Source: Acidobacteriota bacterium
GTDB taxonomy: Bacteria; Acidobacteriota; Vicinamibacteria; Vicinamibacterales; UBA8438
DNA: 62,034 nt
NCBI GenBank assembly: GCA_022562495.1
Contig: JADFPE010000003.1
Location: 1 to 62,034, forward strand
Direction of reading: 5' to 3'
The translations under genes were made by a program, and so were the position numbers. Numbering within the stretch: position 1 is the first letter of the stretch; every line of letters begins with the position of its first letter. Under the pieces are notes generated by a model. It did not search any database and was not told the origin of the DNA. It saw only the letters and a list, made by a program, of their open reading frames with translations. Positions 8,880 to 18,413 of the stretch are shown in pieces.

Positions 8880-9113
8880 GGCCCCGCGTCGCGGGGCTGT
8901 GAGGTATGCCCTCTCGCGATGCGGCGCCGAACCGTGGCGACGTGGTTCGCGGCCCAGCATCGCTAGCCGTGTGTGACCAGGTCTCATCTGAACGCCTTGG
9001 TCACATGTCGCCGGCAACACACGGCGAGCCCCCGCGTAGCGGGGCTGTGAGGTATGCCCTCTGGCGATGTGGAGCCGACACATGTCGAGTGGTTTGTGGC
9101 GCAGCATCGCTAG
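8880..9113. repeat. two ~85-bp direct repeats in the ftsA-ftsZ spacer
   Basis: 8880-8966 and 9027-9113 both contain CCCCGCGT(C/A)GCGGGGCTGTGAGGTATGCCCTCT(C/G)GCGATG...GCATCGCTAG. Each unit holds internal hairpins. A separate inverted repeat lies between them (GTGTGACCAGG...CCTTGGTCACAT). Confidence 0.75.
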
Positions 9114-10345
9114 AGGAAGTCCTTGAACAGCCCCTTGACACGCCCGGCCAGACGGCTGAGCGTCCCGACACCGACCAGCCGCTCTTGCTCCCGCAGCTGG
9201 TTGCGATGGGCATACTTGACGAGTCCGACGCTGGTCGCAAAGGACGGGCTGCTCACATGGTCGGTGAGCCCCCCGATGTCGACCGGACACCCGCGGCGAA
9301 TCGGCAGGTCGAAGATTTGCTCTGCGATCTCGGCCATCCCCTCCAGCAGGGCGCCACCGCCGCACAGCACGAGGCCGGAATGCAACGACCGCTCGTATCC
9401 GGCGCGGCGAATCTCGTCCCACAGCGCGTGGAAGATCTCCTCGGCCCGGGGTTGCAGGACCTCCGAGAGAATCCGACGGGACATGACACGAGGCTGACGG
9501 CCACCGACGCTGGCGACCTCGATCGTTTGATCCTCGTCGACCAGCGAGGCCAGCGCGCACCCGGAGCGACGCTTGGTCTTCTCCGCGTCCGGGATCGGCG
9601 TCCGGAGCCCGACCGCGATGTCGTTGGTGAAGTGATCGCCGCCCATCGCGACCACACCGGTGTGCCAGAGGCTGCCGTGCTCGAAGATCGCGAGGTCGGT
9701 GGTGCCGCCGCCGATGTCCACCAGCGCCACACCCAATTCCCGCTCATCGGCGGTCAACACCGATTCGCTGGCGGCGAGCTGCTCGATGACCGTGTCGACC
9801 ACCTTGACCCCCGCCCCGTTCACGCACGCGACGATGTTCTCCGTCGTCGAGGTGCTGCCGGTGACGATGTGCACGTTCACCTCGAGCCGGGTCCCCATCA
9901 TCCCGACCGGGGCCCGGATGCCATCCTGTTCGTCGACCACGAAGTCCTGGGGCAGGACGTGCAAGATCTCGCGGCCCGCCGGCAACGCCACCCCCTTGGC
10001 AGCGTCGATGGCCCGACGCACGTCGTCGCGTGTGATCTTGCGGTTCTTGCCGGCCACCGCCACCACGCCGCGACTGTTGAACGCCTTCAGATGCGCCCCG
10101 GACAGCCCCAAGTGCACGGCATCGATTTCGACACCGGCGGTCAGTTCGGCCTCCTCGATCGCCTTCTTGATCGATTCGACCGCCGCCTCCAGGTTGACCA
10201 CGACCCCACGACGAATACCCTGAGCCTCCACCACTCCAATGCCGATGATGTCCAACCGTCCCTCCTCGAGAGCCTCGGCAACGATGGCGGCCATCTTCGA
10301 GGTGCCCACATCGAGCCCAACGAGATAATGCTCCTTGCGTGCCAC
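9110..10345 (-). CDS. ftsA: cell division protein FtsA
   Basis: 411 aa, actin-like ATPase motifs (VGLDVGTSK, DIGGGTTD), located between ftsQ and ftsZ. Confidence 0.95.
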   Translation of the reverse strand: MARKEHYLVGLDVGTSKMAAIVAEALEEGRLDIIGIGVVEAQGIRRGVVVNLEAAVESIKKAIEEAELTAGVEIDAVHLGLSGAHLKAFNSRGVVAVAGKNRKITRDDVRRAIDAAKGVALPAGREILHVLPQDFVVDEQDGIRAPVGMMGTRLEVNVHIVTGSTSTTENIVACVNGAGVKVVDTVIEQLAASESVLTADERELGVALVDIGGGTTDLAIFEHGSLWHTGVVAMGGDHFTNDIAVGLRTPIPDAEKTKRRSGCALASLVDEDQTIEVASVGGRQPRVMSRRILSEVLQPRAEEIFHALWDEIRRAGYERSLHSGLVLCGGGALLEGMAEIAEQIFDLPIRRGCPVDIGGLTDHVSSPSFATSVGLVKYAHRNQLREQERLVGVGTLSRLAGRVKGLFKDFL

Positions 10346-10379
10346 GCATCCTCCGTTCGCGGCCCCACGCCGCGTCTGT

Positions 10380-10547
10380 GTGTCTCGAGTCAGCAGCTCG
10401 CGAACATGTCATCCCGCCGTGGCGGTGGTGGGCGTGTCGCTCAGCAGGGTTGAATACTGCCGGTGTACTCGTCGCGCCGTGCGATGGCCAGACGCGACAT
10501 CAGTGCGACGCCGGAACATGTGTCCGCGAGTTGCTGACTCGGGACAC
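10380..10547 (+). repeat. family-A palindromic repeat (copy B)
   Basis: Arms GTGTCTCGAGTCAGCAGCTCGCGAACATGT / ACATGTGTCCGCGAGTTGCTGACTCGGGACAC around a diverged core (...TGAATACTGCCGGTGTACTCGTCGCGCC...). Overlaps the last 48 nt of ftsQ. Confidence 0.75.
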
Positions 10548-11417
10548 GACCGCACCACGGCCGACGCCCGGATCAACTGAGTGCGGGACCCCGGCGCTCG
10601 CCGGTGCCGGGTGTCCGACCGGCCCGACATACACCCGAGGGTCGAACCGCAGGTCGACGTAGTCGATGTCGGCCACACGCGATCGGAGCGCGGGCCTCAG
10701 CTCGGCATAGAATCGCAACCGCTCGAAAAATCGGTCGCCGCCCAGGTGCAACAGCGCCGGATCGTCGTTGAGCAGCACCACGGCGTCATACGGGTCCGAC
10801 ACGTCGATCTGCGAGATGAGGTCGAGCACCTCCGGGTGGGGAGCCAGCTGCTCCAGCAACCGTGTGACCAACGCCATGCGACCCGGATCGACGACCGTGG
10901 CCCCCGTGTCAGGGACGGCGAGACCGTCGATGATCGGCAGGTCGAACTCGGCGAATCGCGGCCCGTGACGGTCGATGACCGTACCCCGCTCGTCGACAAG
11001 ATAGAGCTGATCGGCGAACCGGGCGGCGGCGATCGGACGACGCTCCGTCACCCGCACCTCGACCGTCGACGGCAAGATGCGCCGCAGGGTCCCGTCGCGC
11101 AGCCAGGGCGACGCCATGAGGTGCTGCCGGTGGGTCTCCAGATCGACGGCCAGGATGTTCTCGCCGAGGAGCCCCGACACCAGCGCCAGCACCTCGCTCT
11201 CCGACAGCTGGTCGTTCCCGCGCACGATGATGTGGTCCACGACCAAGAACGGCGCCACCAGCAGCCGCGCCACCGCCTGATACCCGCCGACGACGAGTGC
11301 GCCGATCAGACAGCATCGCCGAGCCATCCGCAGCCACCGCCGGGCCGCGCCGCGGGTGCGTCGCGCCGGGCGTCTGGCCCGTCGAAAGCGTCTGTCGGTG
11401 TGCATGTGGACGCTCAT
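10500..11417 (-). CDS. ftsQ: cell division protein FtsQ (POTRA domain)
   Basis: N-terminal Arg-rich segment plus TM helix, then VVDHIIVRGNDQLSESEVL POTRA-like region. ATGA overlap with murC. The C-terminal ~16 codons lie inside repeat copy B. Confidence 0.85.
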   Translation of the reverse strand: MSVHMHTDRRFRRARRPARRTRGAARRWLRMARRCCLIGALVVGGYQAVARLLVAPFLVVDHIIVRGNDQLSESEVLALVSGLLGENILAVDLETHRQHLMASPWLRDGTLRRILPSTVEVRVTERRPIAAARFADQLYLVDERGTVIDRHGPRFAEFDLPIIDGLAVPDTGATVVDPGRMALVTRLLEQLAPHPEVLDLISQIDVSDPYDAVVLLNDDPALLHLGGDRFFERLRFYAELRPALRSRVADIDYVDLRFDPRVYVGPVGHPAPASAGVPHSVDPGVGRGAVVSRVSNSRTHVPASH

Positions 11418-12901
11418 CGCGTCTCCGGTCGCTTCGCGTCGGGGTGACCCGCCCCGCCCACCTTCCGCCCGAGGGCCTCGATGAGCCGGCCAGCGACATC
11501 GCCAACCGACCCGGCGCCCAACGTCAGCACCAGATCGCCGGACCGCGCCAGGTCGGCGACCAGCGCGACCACCTCGTCGAGGGTCTGCACCTGGTGCACG
11601 GCTCCGTCCGTGTGACGACGCACGGCCTCCGCAAGGCGCGTCGCCGTGACACCTGGGATCGGCATCTCGCCGGCGGCGAAGATGTCGGTCAGGACCACCA
11701 CGTCGGCGGCTGCCAGCACACGCGCGAAGCGGTCGAGGAAGCGGGCGGTCCGCGAATACCGATGCGGCTGGAAGACCACCACCAAACGCGTGTGCGGCTG
11801 CCGGCGCGCGGTCGACAACACGGCGGCGATCTCCGTCGGGTGGTGACCGTAGTCATCGATCACGGTCACGCCGCCGGCGACGCCCCGGCACTGGAAACGT
11901 CGATCCACGCCGGCGAACTGGCCAAGCGCCGCCGCGATCCGTGCCGGCGCGAGCCCGATCTCCAACCCGACCGCGAACGCGGCGAGGGCATTGAGGAGGT
12001 TGTGCCGACCCGGCACGCCCACGCTGAGCAGCACGGTCTCGGTGCGGTGGTCGCGGGTAAATCGCACGCGGCAGCGGGACCCGGCCGCGTCGAGTTCGGC
12101 GGCGCCGCCGACGACGTCGGCGGTCGTGGGCTCGATCCCGTAGGTGACGACCCGCCGCATGATGCGGCCGCGCAGCCGGGTCAGCTCAGGATCGTCGGCG
12201 CACACGACGACCGACCCGGCCTCGGTCACCCGGTTCGCGAAACCGGCGATGGTGTCCCGCAGCCGCGCGAACGTGCCGTACTGATCGAGGTGCTCCTCCT
12301 CGAGATTGGTGAGGACGGCGATCTGCGGAGTGAGCTCCAGCAACGAGGGCTCGCTCTCGTCCGCCTCGACGACGAAGTACCGCCCCTGCCCGACCCGGGT
12401 GTTGCTCCCGAAGGCGACGACACGTGCGCCGATCACCGCCGAGGGATCCAGACCGCATTCCACCAGCACGACCGCCACCATCGCCGCCGTCGTGCTCTTC
12501 CCGTGAGAGCCGGTGACCGCAATGGTCGACCTGGACCGCGCCAATCCGGCCAGCATCACGCCACGTCGCATGACCGGCAGGTGGCGCCGCCGCGCCTCGA
12601 TCACCTCGGGGTTACCCTCCGACACCGCAGCCGAGACAACGACCGCTTCGGCGTCACCCACCCAGCGGGTGTCGTGCCCGATCTCGACGGCGATGCCGAG
12701 CCCGCGCAGCCGCGCCGTCACTGCGGACGCCGTCAGGTCAGACCCGCTGACCTCGTATCCGAGACAGCTCATCAACTCAGCGATACCGCTCATCCCGATG
12801 CCACCCACACCCACGAAGTGCACACGACGGGTGCCGTGTGGCAACCCGTGCCCCTCTCTCGCCCATTCCATAAGTACCGTCGCATTCGGACGCCGATCCA
12901 T
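11414..12901 (-). CDS. murC: UDP-N-acetylmuramate--L-alanine ligase
   Basis: HFVGVGGIGMSGIAE and TGSHGKSTT Mur-ligase motifs, in dcw context. Confidence 0.95.
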   Translation of the reverse strand: MDRRPNATVLMEWAREGHGLPHGTRRVHFVGVGGIGMSGIAELMSCLGYEVSGSDLTASAVTARLRGLGIAVEIGHDTRWVGDAEAVVVSAAVSEGNPEVIEARRRHLPVMRRGVMLAGLARSRSTIAVTGSHGKSTTAAMVAVVLVECGLDPSAVIGARVVAFGSNTRVGQGRYFVVEADESEPSLLELTPQIAVLTNLEEEHLDQYGTFARLRDTIAGFANRVTEAGSVVVCADDPELTRLRGRIMRRVVTYGIEPTTADVVGGAAELDAAGSRCRVRFTRDHRTETVLLSVGVPGRHNLLNALAAFAVGLEIGLAPARIAAALGQFAGVDRRFQCRGVAGGVTVIDDYGHHPTEIAAVLSTARRQPHTRLVVVFQPHRYSRTARFLDRFARVLAAADVVVLTDIFAAGEMPIPGVTATRLAEAVRRHTDGAVHQVQTLDEVVALVADLARSGDLVLTLGAGSVGDVAGRLIEALGRKVGGAGHPDAKRPETR

Positions 12902-12926
12902 CCCGCACGCGCCACGCTGGGGTTAC

Positions 12927-13023
12927 GGTGCAGCGGGGTCGCATCCCGCCGGTCTGCTCTTTCCTCGCGTAGGGTGGAACGACCGCGACACTGCGGAGCG
13001 GGCGCGCGCTGCGTCACTGCACC
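12927..13023 (+). repeat. family-A repeat, degenerate/short copy (D)
   Basis: GGTGCAGCGGGGTCGCATCCCGCCGGTCTGCTCTTTCCTCG...GCGCTGCGTCACTGCACC retains the GCATCCCGCC block and self-complementary ends. Confidence 0.45.
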
Positions 13024-13093
13024 TGTGACGCGGACCACGTCGCCCGCTCCGTCGTGCGCCCGTCACTCTCCGTCGGACCGCTCGACCCGTGGC

Positions 13094-14188
13094 TCACCAC
13101 CGCATCAACTGCTCGGCCCGGTCGACGATGACCCGGGCCGCATCCGGCCGGGCCAGCCCGCGGGCCGCCGCCGCCATGCGTCGGCGCCGCTCCCCGTCAC
13201 CCGCGAGCTGCAGCAGACGCTCAGCCAACAGTGCGCCCGTCATCCCCGCCTGCGGCATCACATCCGCCGCCCCAGCCCGGACGAACACGTCGGCGTTCAG
13301 CCGCTGGTGCCCATCCGTCGCTCCCGGCAACGGCACCAGCAACGCCGCCCGGCCCACGGCGGCGATCTCGGCCAGCGTGGTCGCGCCCGCCCGGCACACC
13401 ACCACATCGGCGTCACGCATGGCGTCGGCCATGTGCTCCAGGAACGGCTCGACCCGCGCCGTCAGCCCTGCGGCGGCATACACCTGCCGGACTGCGCTGT
13501 GATCCCGCTCGCCGGTCTGGTGCGTCACGACGAAGGGCGTCGGCGCCCCGACCAGGAGCGGGGCCGCCGCCATCATCGCGACGTTGATGGGATGGGCACC
13601 CTGCGACCCGCCGAGCACCAACAGATGCACCTCGGCGCGCTGCGCGGTCGGCGGCAGCGCCGTCTCGAAGAACCCGGCCCGCACCGGGTTGCCACTGACA
13701 AACCCCTTGCCGTGAAAGTGCGGCAACACCGGTTCGTGTGACACCGCCGCGGCCGTGACGAACGGCGCCAGCACCCGGTTCGTGATGCCGGGCAGCGCGT
13801 TCTGCTCGAGCACCAGCGTCGGGATACCGCGCAACGCCGCGATCAGCACGACGGCACCCGACGAGTACCCGCCCAGCCCGATGACGACGTGGGGCGCGAC
13901 CCGGGTGATGACTCGCCACGCGTCCCAGGCGCTGAGGGGCAACATCGACAGGCCACGGACCAGCGCACCGGCCGACTTGCCCTTGAGCCCGGCGCTGCGC
14001 ACCCGCTCGAGATCGAAGGCCAGCCGCTCGAGCGCCGCCAGCTCCAGGTCGCGTCCGGTGCCGGCGAACACCACCCTGGACCGTGGGTAGCGCCGTCGGA
14101 TCTCCTGCGCGACCGCGATCCCTGGGTAGAGATGCCCGCCGGTGCCGGCACCGCTCATCAAGACCCTGGGCGATCGCTGATCCGCCAT
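13094..14188 (-). CDS. murG: UDP-N-acetylglucosamine--N-acetylmuramyl-(pentapeptide) pyrophosphoryl-undecaprenol GlcNAc transferase
   Basis: SGAGTGGHLYPGIAVA N-terminal G-loop, 364 aa, in dcw context. Confidence 0.95.
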   Translation of the reverse strand: MADQRSPRVLMSGAGTGGHLYPGIAVAQEIRRRYPRSRVVFAGTGRDLELAALERLAFDLERVRSAGLKGKSAGALVRGLSMLPLSAWDAWRVITRVAPHVVIGLGGYSSGAVVLIAALRGIPTLVLEQNALPGITNRVLAPFVTAAAVSHEPVLPHFHGKGFVSGNPVRAGFFETALPPTAQRAEVHLLVLGGSQGAHPINVAMMAAAPLLVGAPTPFVVTHQTGERDHSAVRQVYAAAGLTARVEPFLEHMADAMRDADVVVCRAGATTLAEIAAVGRAALLVPLPGATDGHQRLNADVFVRAGAADVMPQAGMTGALLAERLLQLAGDGERRRRMAAAARGLARPDAARVIVDRAEQLMRW

Positions 14189-14191
14189 CTC

Positions 14192-14351
14192 GTGTCCAGG
14201 GTGAGGAGTTCATGAACATCTTCCGGGCGGGGCAGCCCGCCTGCCGGCGTTGCTCCTCGGTCAAATACTGCCGATATGCTCCCTCGTCGCGCCTTGCCAG
14301 CCGGGCACCGCGCGCCGGTTCATGTGTCCGCGAGCTCCTGACCCGGAACAC
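14192..14351 (+). repeat. family-A palindromic repeat (copy E)
   Basis: Core GGCGTTGCTCCTCGGTCAAATACTGCCGATATGCTCCCTCGTCGCGCCTTGCCAGCCGGGC. Arms GTGTCCAGGGTGAGGAGTTCATGAAC / GTTCATGTGTCCGCGAGCTCCTGACCCGGAACAC. Begins 4 nt upstream of the murG ATG. Confidence 0.8.
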
Positions 14352-14535
14352 GAGTGGCACAACGCGCGAGCCGTGCTTGCACGGCTGATACGGTGGACAC
14401 ATCGGTCAACTGTTCCCCGTAACCCCTGGCTAAGGCGCGACCGCTTCGGCACTCGCGCAGACTCGTCACGCAGCACAGCTGTCCCCAGGACTCGTCGGTT
14501 CGAGGCGGAGCTTCGTGACTCGTGTCCACTCAGAT

Positions 14536-15636
14536 TCATGCGTCCGCCGACGCGTGCTGGGAGACATTCAGAAGAATGCCCATCCCGAGCAGGCTGATCA
14601 GGAGCGACGACCCACCGGCGCTGACGAACGGCAGCGGGATCCCATTGGTCGGCATGAGACCCAACACGACGCTGATGTTGACGAAGGCTTGCAACGCGAC
14701 CATCATGGTGATCCCCAGCGCCAGAAACGCACCGAACCGGTCGGGCGCCGCCGCCGTGATGTGCAGCCCGCGCCAGATGATCACGCCGAAACACAGGAGG
14801 ACGGCCGTGGCGCCCAGCAGACCGGTCTCCTCGGCAATAACGGCGTAGATGAAGTCTGTGTGCGGGGCCGGCAGATAGAACAGCTTCTGGACGCCCGCCA
14901 TCAGCCCCTGGCCGAATAGCCCACCAGTGCCGACCGCGATCTGCGACTGGATGATCTGGAAGCCGTCGCCCAGCGGGTCCGCCCACGGGTCGAGAAAGGC
15001 GAGCAGCCGCCGGCGCCGGTAGTCGGCGCTGGCCAACACGACGAGCAGCAGTGGCACCACGACCACCGTCAGCCCAACCACGTAGCGATAGTGCAGACCT
15101 GCCGCGAACACCATGACGGCCACGATGAGCAGCACCGTGAACGCCGTCCCGAAGTCCGGCTCCGCCACGATCAGTCCACAGATGAGGCCGGTGACGACGG
15201 CGATCGGCACCAGCGTGGTCATCTGGTCGATCCTGTCCATCCGGCGATCGAGCACCGCTGCAGTGAAGATGATCACTGCGATCTTGGCGAACTCGGAGGG
15301 CTGCACGCCGATGCCGCCCAGCGCCAACCACCGGCGCGTGCCGTTGATGGGCGGCCCGAAGAAGACGACGGTCAAGGCGGCCGCGGACACACCCAGCGCG
15401 GTCCAGATCACGACCGGCTGTTTGAGACTTCGGTAGTTCACTCGCATGGCCAGGCTCAGCAGGCAGACACCGAGCACCGCCCAGGTCACCTGTTTGAAGA
15501 GAAAAAAATAGGGCGGTTGCTGAAACCGGTCCATGGCCAGGACCGCTGACGCGCTGTAGACCATCACGACGCTGGCGCAGACCAGCAGCAACGTAGCCAG
15601 GAACAGCAGCTTGTCCGATTTCAGTTTTCGCGCCAT
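14536..15636 (-). CDS. ftsW: lipid II flippase / SEDS glycosyltransferase FtsW
   Basis: Start chosen at MARKLKSDKLLFLATLLLV (codon 59 of ORF 14536..15810). Multi-TM SEDS family protein in dcw context. Confidence 0.93.
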   Translation of the reverse strand: MARKLKSDKLLFLATLLLVCASVVMVYSASAVLAMDRFQQPPYFFLFKQVTWAVLGVCLLSLAMRVNYRSLKQPVVIWTALGVSAAALTVVFFGPPINGTRRWLALGGIGVQPSEFAKIAVIIFTAAVLDRRMDRIDQMTTLVPIAVVTGLICGLIVAEPDFGTAFTVLLIVAVMVFAAGLHYRYVVGLTVVVVPLLLVVLASADYRRRRLLAFLDPWADPLGDGFQIIQSQIAVGTGGLFGQGLMAGVQKLFYLPAPHTDFIYAVIAEETGLLGATAVLLCFGVIIWRGLHITAAAPDRFGAFLALGITMMVALQAFVNISVVLGLMPTNGIPLPFVSAGGSSLLISLLGMGILLNVSQHASADA

Positions 15637-15826
15637 ACTCGCCTGCCACCGAGACGCGGGCCGGATCACACAACGGTGCGCGACCCGTACCCTGTCGCGC
15701 ACCGCAGCGCCGTGTGCTGGACCGTGCCGGCCCTCTCCCAGTGCCACCAGGGAGCAGCCGGAGCGTGGATCAGCCCGTGCTAATGTCCGGGACGCTTCGA
15801 CCCGACACACTGGCTACAACCGGACC

Positions 15827-15953
15827 GTGAGCAGTCAGCAGTCACCAGTCGAGCTTGAGGTGAAGACATCGACCTCGCAGACCGGGGCAGCCTGCGTTCC
15901 CAGCGGCCGACTCTTCACCGCCGCTACCCGACTGGTGACTGCTCACTGCTCAC
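15827..15953. repeat. family-B heptad-arm palindrome
   Basis: GTGAGCAGTCAGCAGTCACCAGTCGAGCTTGAGGTGAAGAC ... GACTCTTCACCGCCGCTACCCGACTGGTGACTGCTCACTGCTCAC. Arms show 7-nt periodicity (GAGCAGT CAGCAGT CACCAGT). Contains the murD stop codon. Confidence 0.7.
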
Positions 15954-17322
15954 GCGTCTCGCCGACCTCCTCCTCGAGGTGGGCTACCGCCTGCGTAAAC
16001 ACCCGTCCACGCTCGGCGTAGTCCCGGAACATGTCCAGGCTGGCGCATGCGGGCGCCAGCAGCACGGTGCCGCCGGGCGACGCCAGCCCGTAGGCCACCC
16101 GGACCGCGTCGGCGAGCGACCCGGTCTCGACCACACGCACGACCGCGCCGAGCGCGTCTCGGATCCGTCCGCACGCCTCGCCGATCACGACGACCGCATC
16201 GGCCCGGGACGCGAACAGGGGCGCCAACGTCTCGAGCGAGCCTCCCTTGAAGCGGCCGCCCATGATCACCACCACGTGGTCGCCGCAGCTCTCTACCGCG
16301 TGTCTGGCCGCCTCGACGTTGGTGGCCTTCGAGTCGTTGACGAACCGCACACCCCCTACCTCGCCGACCCGCTGCAGGGCGTGCTCGAGCCCAGTGAACC
16401 GGTCCACGGCCCGCGTCATGTCCCCGGCCGACACGCCAACCAGGTTCGCGACGGCACTGGCCGCCAGGACATCTCCGAGCAGATGGCGACCCAGCAGATG
16501 CACCGCCGATAACGGAACGAGCGGCTCGTCGCCGGCCGGACTCCGGCGCACGATCGTGTCGCCAGCCACCACCACGCCCTCGGTGAGCGGCTCGCTCAGC
16601 GCAAAGGACACCCGCCGCGCCGCACTGTCCCGCGCCAGCCTCAGCACCTCGGGATCATCAGCGTTGACGACGAGGGTGTCCGACGACTGCTGGTTCGCGA
16701 ACACCCGGGCCTTGGCCGCCGCGTACGCCTCGATGTCGGCGTGGCGGTCGAGATGATCCGCATACAGGTTCAGGAACACCGCGATCCACGGTCGGAACCT
16801 CGTGGTCAGCTCGAGCTGGAAGCTCGACACCTCGACCACGTGGATCACGTCCGCCGTGGACTGCTCCACTTGGGTGCTCAGCGCCGTCCCGACATTGCCG
16901 CCCACCAGCACCAGACATCCCCCCGCCTCGAGCATCCGTCCAAGGAGCACGACTGTTGTCGACTTGCCCTTCGTACCGGTCACGGCCACGACCCGACCAC
17001 GGAGCCAGCGTGACGCCAGCTCGATCTCGCTGATGATGGGAACCCGCGCCCGGCGGGCCGGCTCGAGCGCGGCCAGCGACGGGGGCACACCGGGGCTGAG
17101 CACCACCAGATCGGCACGCTCGAAGGTCTCGGGCCGGTGCCCGCCGAGCTCGAGGTCGACACCCAGCTCAGACAACCGCTCGACCTCCGCGCCGACGTTG
17201 CTCCGCATCTCGGTGAGGGTGACGCGCGCCCCGCGGCCGGCCAGCAACCGGGCCGCGGCGACACCGCTGCGCGCGGCACCGACCACGACGACGTTGGACC
17301 CGCGCACGGAGAACTCGGTCAT
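15943..17322 (-). CDS. murD: UDP-N-acetylmuramoylalanine--D-glutamate ligase
   Basis: Starts MTEFSVRGSNVVVVGAARSG (codon 213 of ORF 15943..17958). GTKGKSTT motif. ATGA overlap with the mraY stop. Confidence 0.95.
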   Translation of the reverse strand: MTEFSVRGSNVVVVGAARSGVAAARLLAGRGARVTLTEMRSNVGAEVERLSELGVDLELGGHRPETFERADLVVLSPGVPPSLAALEPARRARVPIISEIELASRWLRGRVVAVTGTKGKSTTVVLLGRMLEAGGCLVLVGGNVGTALSTQVEQSTADVIHVVEVSSFQLELTTRFRPWIAVFLNLYADHLDRHADIEAYAAAKARVFANQQSSDTLVVNADDPEVLRLARDSAARRVSFALSEPLTEGVVVAGDTIVRRSPAGDEPLVPLSAVHLLGRHLLGDVLAASAVANLVGVSAGDMTRAVDRFTGLEHALQRVGEVGGVRFVNDSKATNVEAARHAVESCGDHVVVIMGGRFKGGSLETLAPLFASRADAVVVIGEACGRIRDALGAVVRVVETGSLADAVRVAYGLASPGGTVLLAPACASLDMFRDYAERGRVFTQAVAHLEEEVGETREQ

Positions 17323-18413
17323 CGCAGTTTCAGCGTCGCGAGACTGAAACAGGCGAACACCACCGCGACGATCAGAAACCGGCTGATCACCTTCGGCTCG
17401 CTCCATCCCATCAGCTCGCAGTGATGGTGGAGCGGCGCCATCCGGAACACCCGCTGTCCGGTGAGCTTGAAGGACGCGACCTGGATGACCACCGAGAGGA
17501 ACTCCATGAGGAAGACGGCGCCCACAATCGGCAGCAACAGCTCTTGTTTGATCAGGATCGCGACGGTGCCGAGGGCGCCGCCTAGAGCGAGGGACCCGAC
17601 GTCGCCCATGAACAGCTCGGCGGGATACGAGTTGTACCAGAGGAAGCCCAGCCCGGCGCCGACCAGCGCCCCGCAGAAGACCGTGAGCTCGGCCGCCGGC
17701 GAGAACCGGACCAGCAGCAGATACTCGGCGAAGACCGCGTGTCCGGTGACATAGGCCAGCGCCGTGAACGCGGCCGCGGCAATGGTAAAGGTGCTGATCG
17801 CGAGACCATCGAGCCCGTCGGTCAGGTTGACCGCGTTCGAGGAGAACACCAGGACGAGCACCGCGAACGGCACATACAGCCACCCGAGGTCCGGGGTGAA
17901 CTGCTTGAAGAACGGGAAAATCAACTCGGTACTGTAGAGACCCTGTTCGGTCAGCCACAGCAGCGAGAGCCCGACCGCCGTGCCCACTGTCCCCTGCCCG
18001 ATCAGCTTGTATAGCGGCCGGAGCCCACGATGCGTCTTGCGCACCACCTTCAGATAGTCATCCACGAAGCCGACCAGGCCGAACGCCAGCGTCGAGATCA
18101 TCGCTATCCGGACATATGCGTTCGTGAGGTCGACCCACAACAGCGTCGGCACGATCGCCGCGACCAGGATGAGCACCCCGCCCATCGTGGGGGTACCGGC
18201 CTTGGACTGATGGGTGGCCGGCCCGTCGTCACGTACGACCTGACCAATCTGGAACCCGCGCAGTGTGCGGATCGTCCACGGTCCCATCGTCACGCTGATC
18301 ACGAAGGCGGTCAGTCCGGCGGCCGCCGTGCGGAACGTGATGTACTGGATCACGTTGAGCGCCGAGAACTGGGTGTGCAGCGGATACAGCAGGTGATACA
18401 GCATCACGAGCAC
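17319..18413 (-). CDS. mraY: phospho-N-acetylmuramoyl-pentapeptide transferase
   Basis: 364 aa, with NAVNLTDGLDGLA and PAELFMGDVGSLALGG signatures. Confidence 0.97.
   Translation of the reverse strand: MLVMLYHLLYPLHTQFSALNVIQYITFRTAAAGLTAFVISVTMGPWTIRTLRGFQIGQVVRDDGPATHQSKAGTPTMGGVLILVAAIVPTLLWVDLTNAYVRIAMISTLAFGLVGFVDDYLKVVRKTHRGLRPLYKLIGQGTVGTAVGLSLLWLTEQGLYSTELIFPFFKQFTPDLGWLYVPFAVLVLVFSSNAVNLTDGLDGLAISTFTIAAAAFTALAYVTGHAVFAEYLLLVRFSPAAELTVFCGALVGAGLGFLWYNSYPAELFMGDVGSLALGGALGTVAILIKQELLLPIVGAVFLMEFLSVVIQVASFKLTGQRVFRMAPLHHHCELMGWSEPKVISRFLIVAVVFACFSLATLKLR

Noticed and set aside
15637-15810. Upstream extensions of several ORF-track entries into spacers or repeats: ftsW to 15810, nuoH to 47632, nuoL to 45539, Ogt fusion to 29747, ECF sigma to 30352, atpB to 37954, cobA/hemD to 55953, murD fused with an out-of-frame stretch to 17958.
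   Set aside because: The extensions translate repeat or spacer sequence (Arg/Pro/Cys-rich). Internal starts give canonical N-termini and often ATGA/GTGA coupling with the upstream gene.
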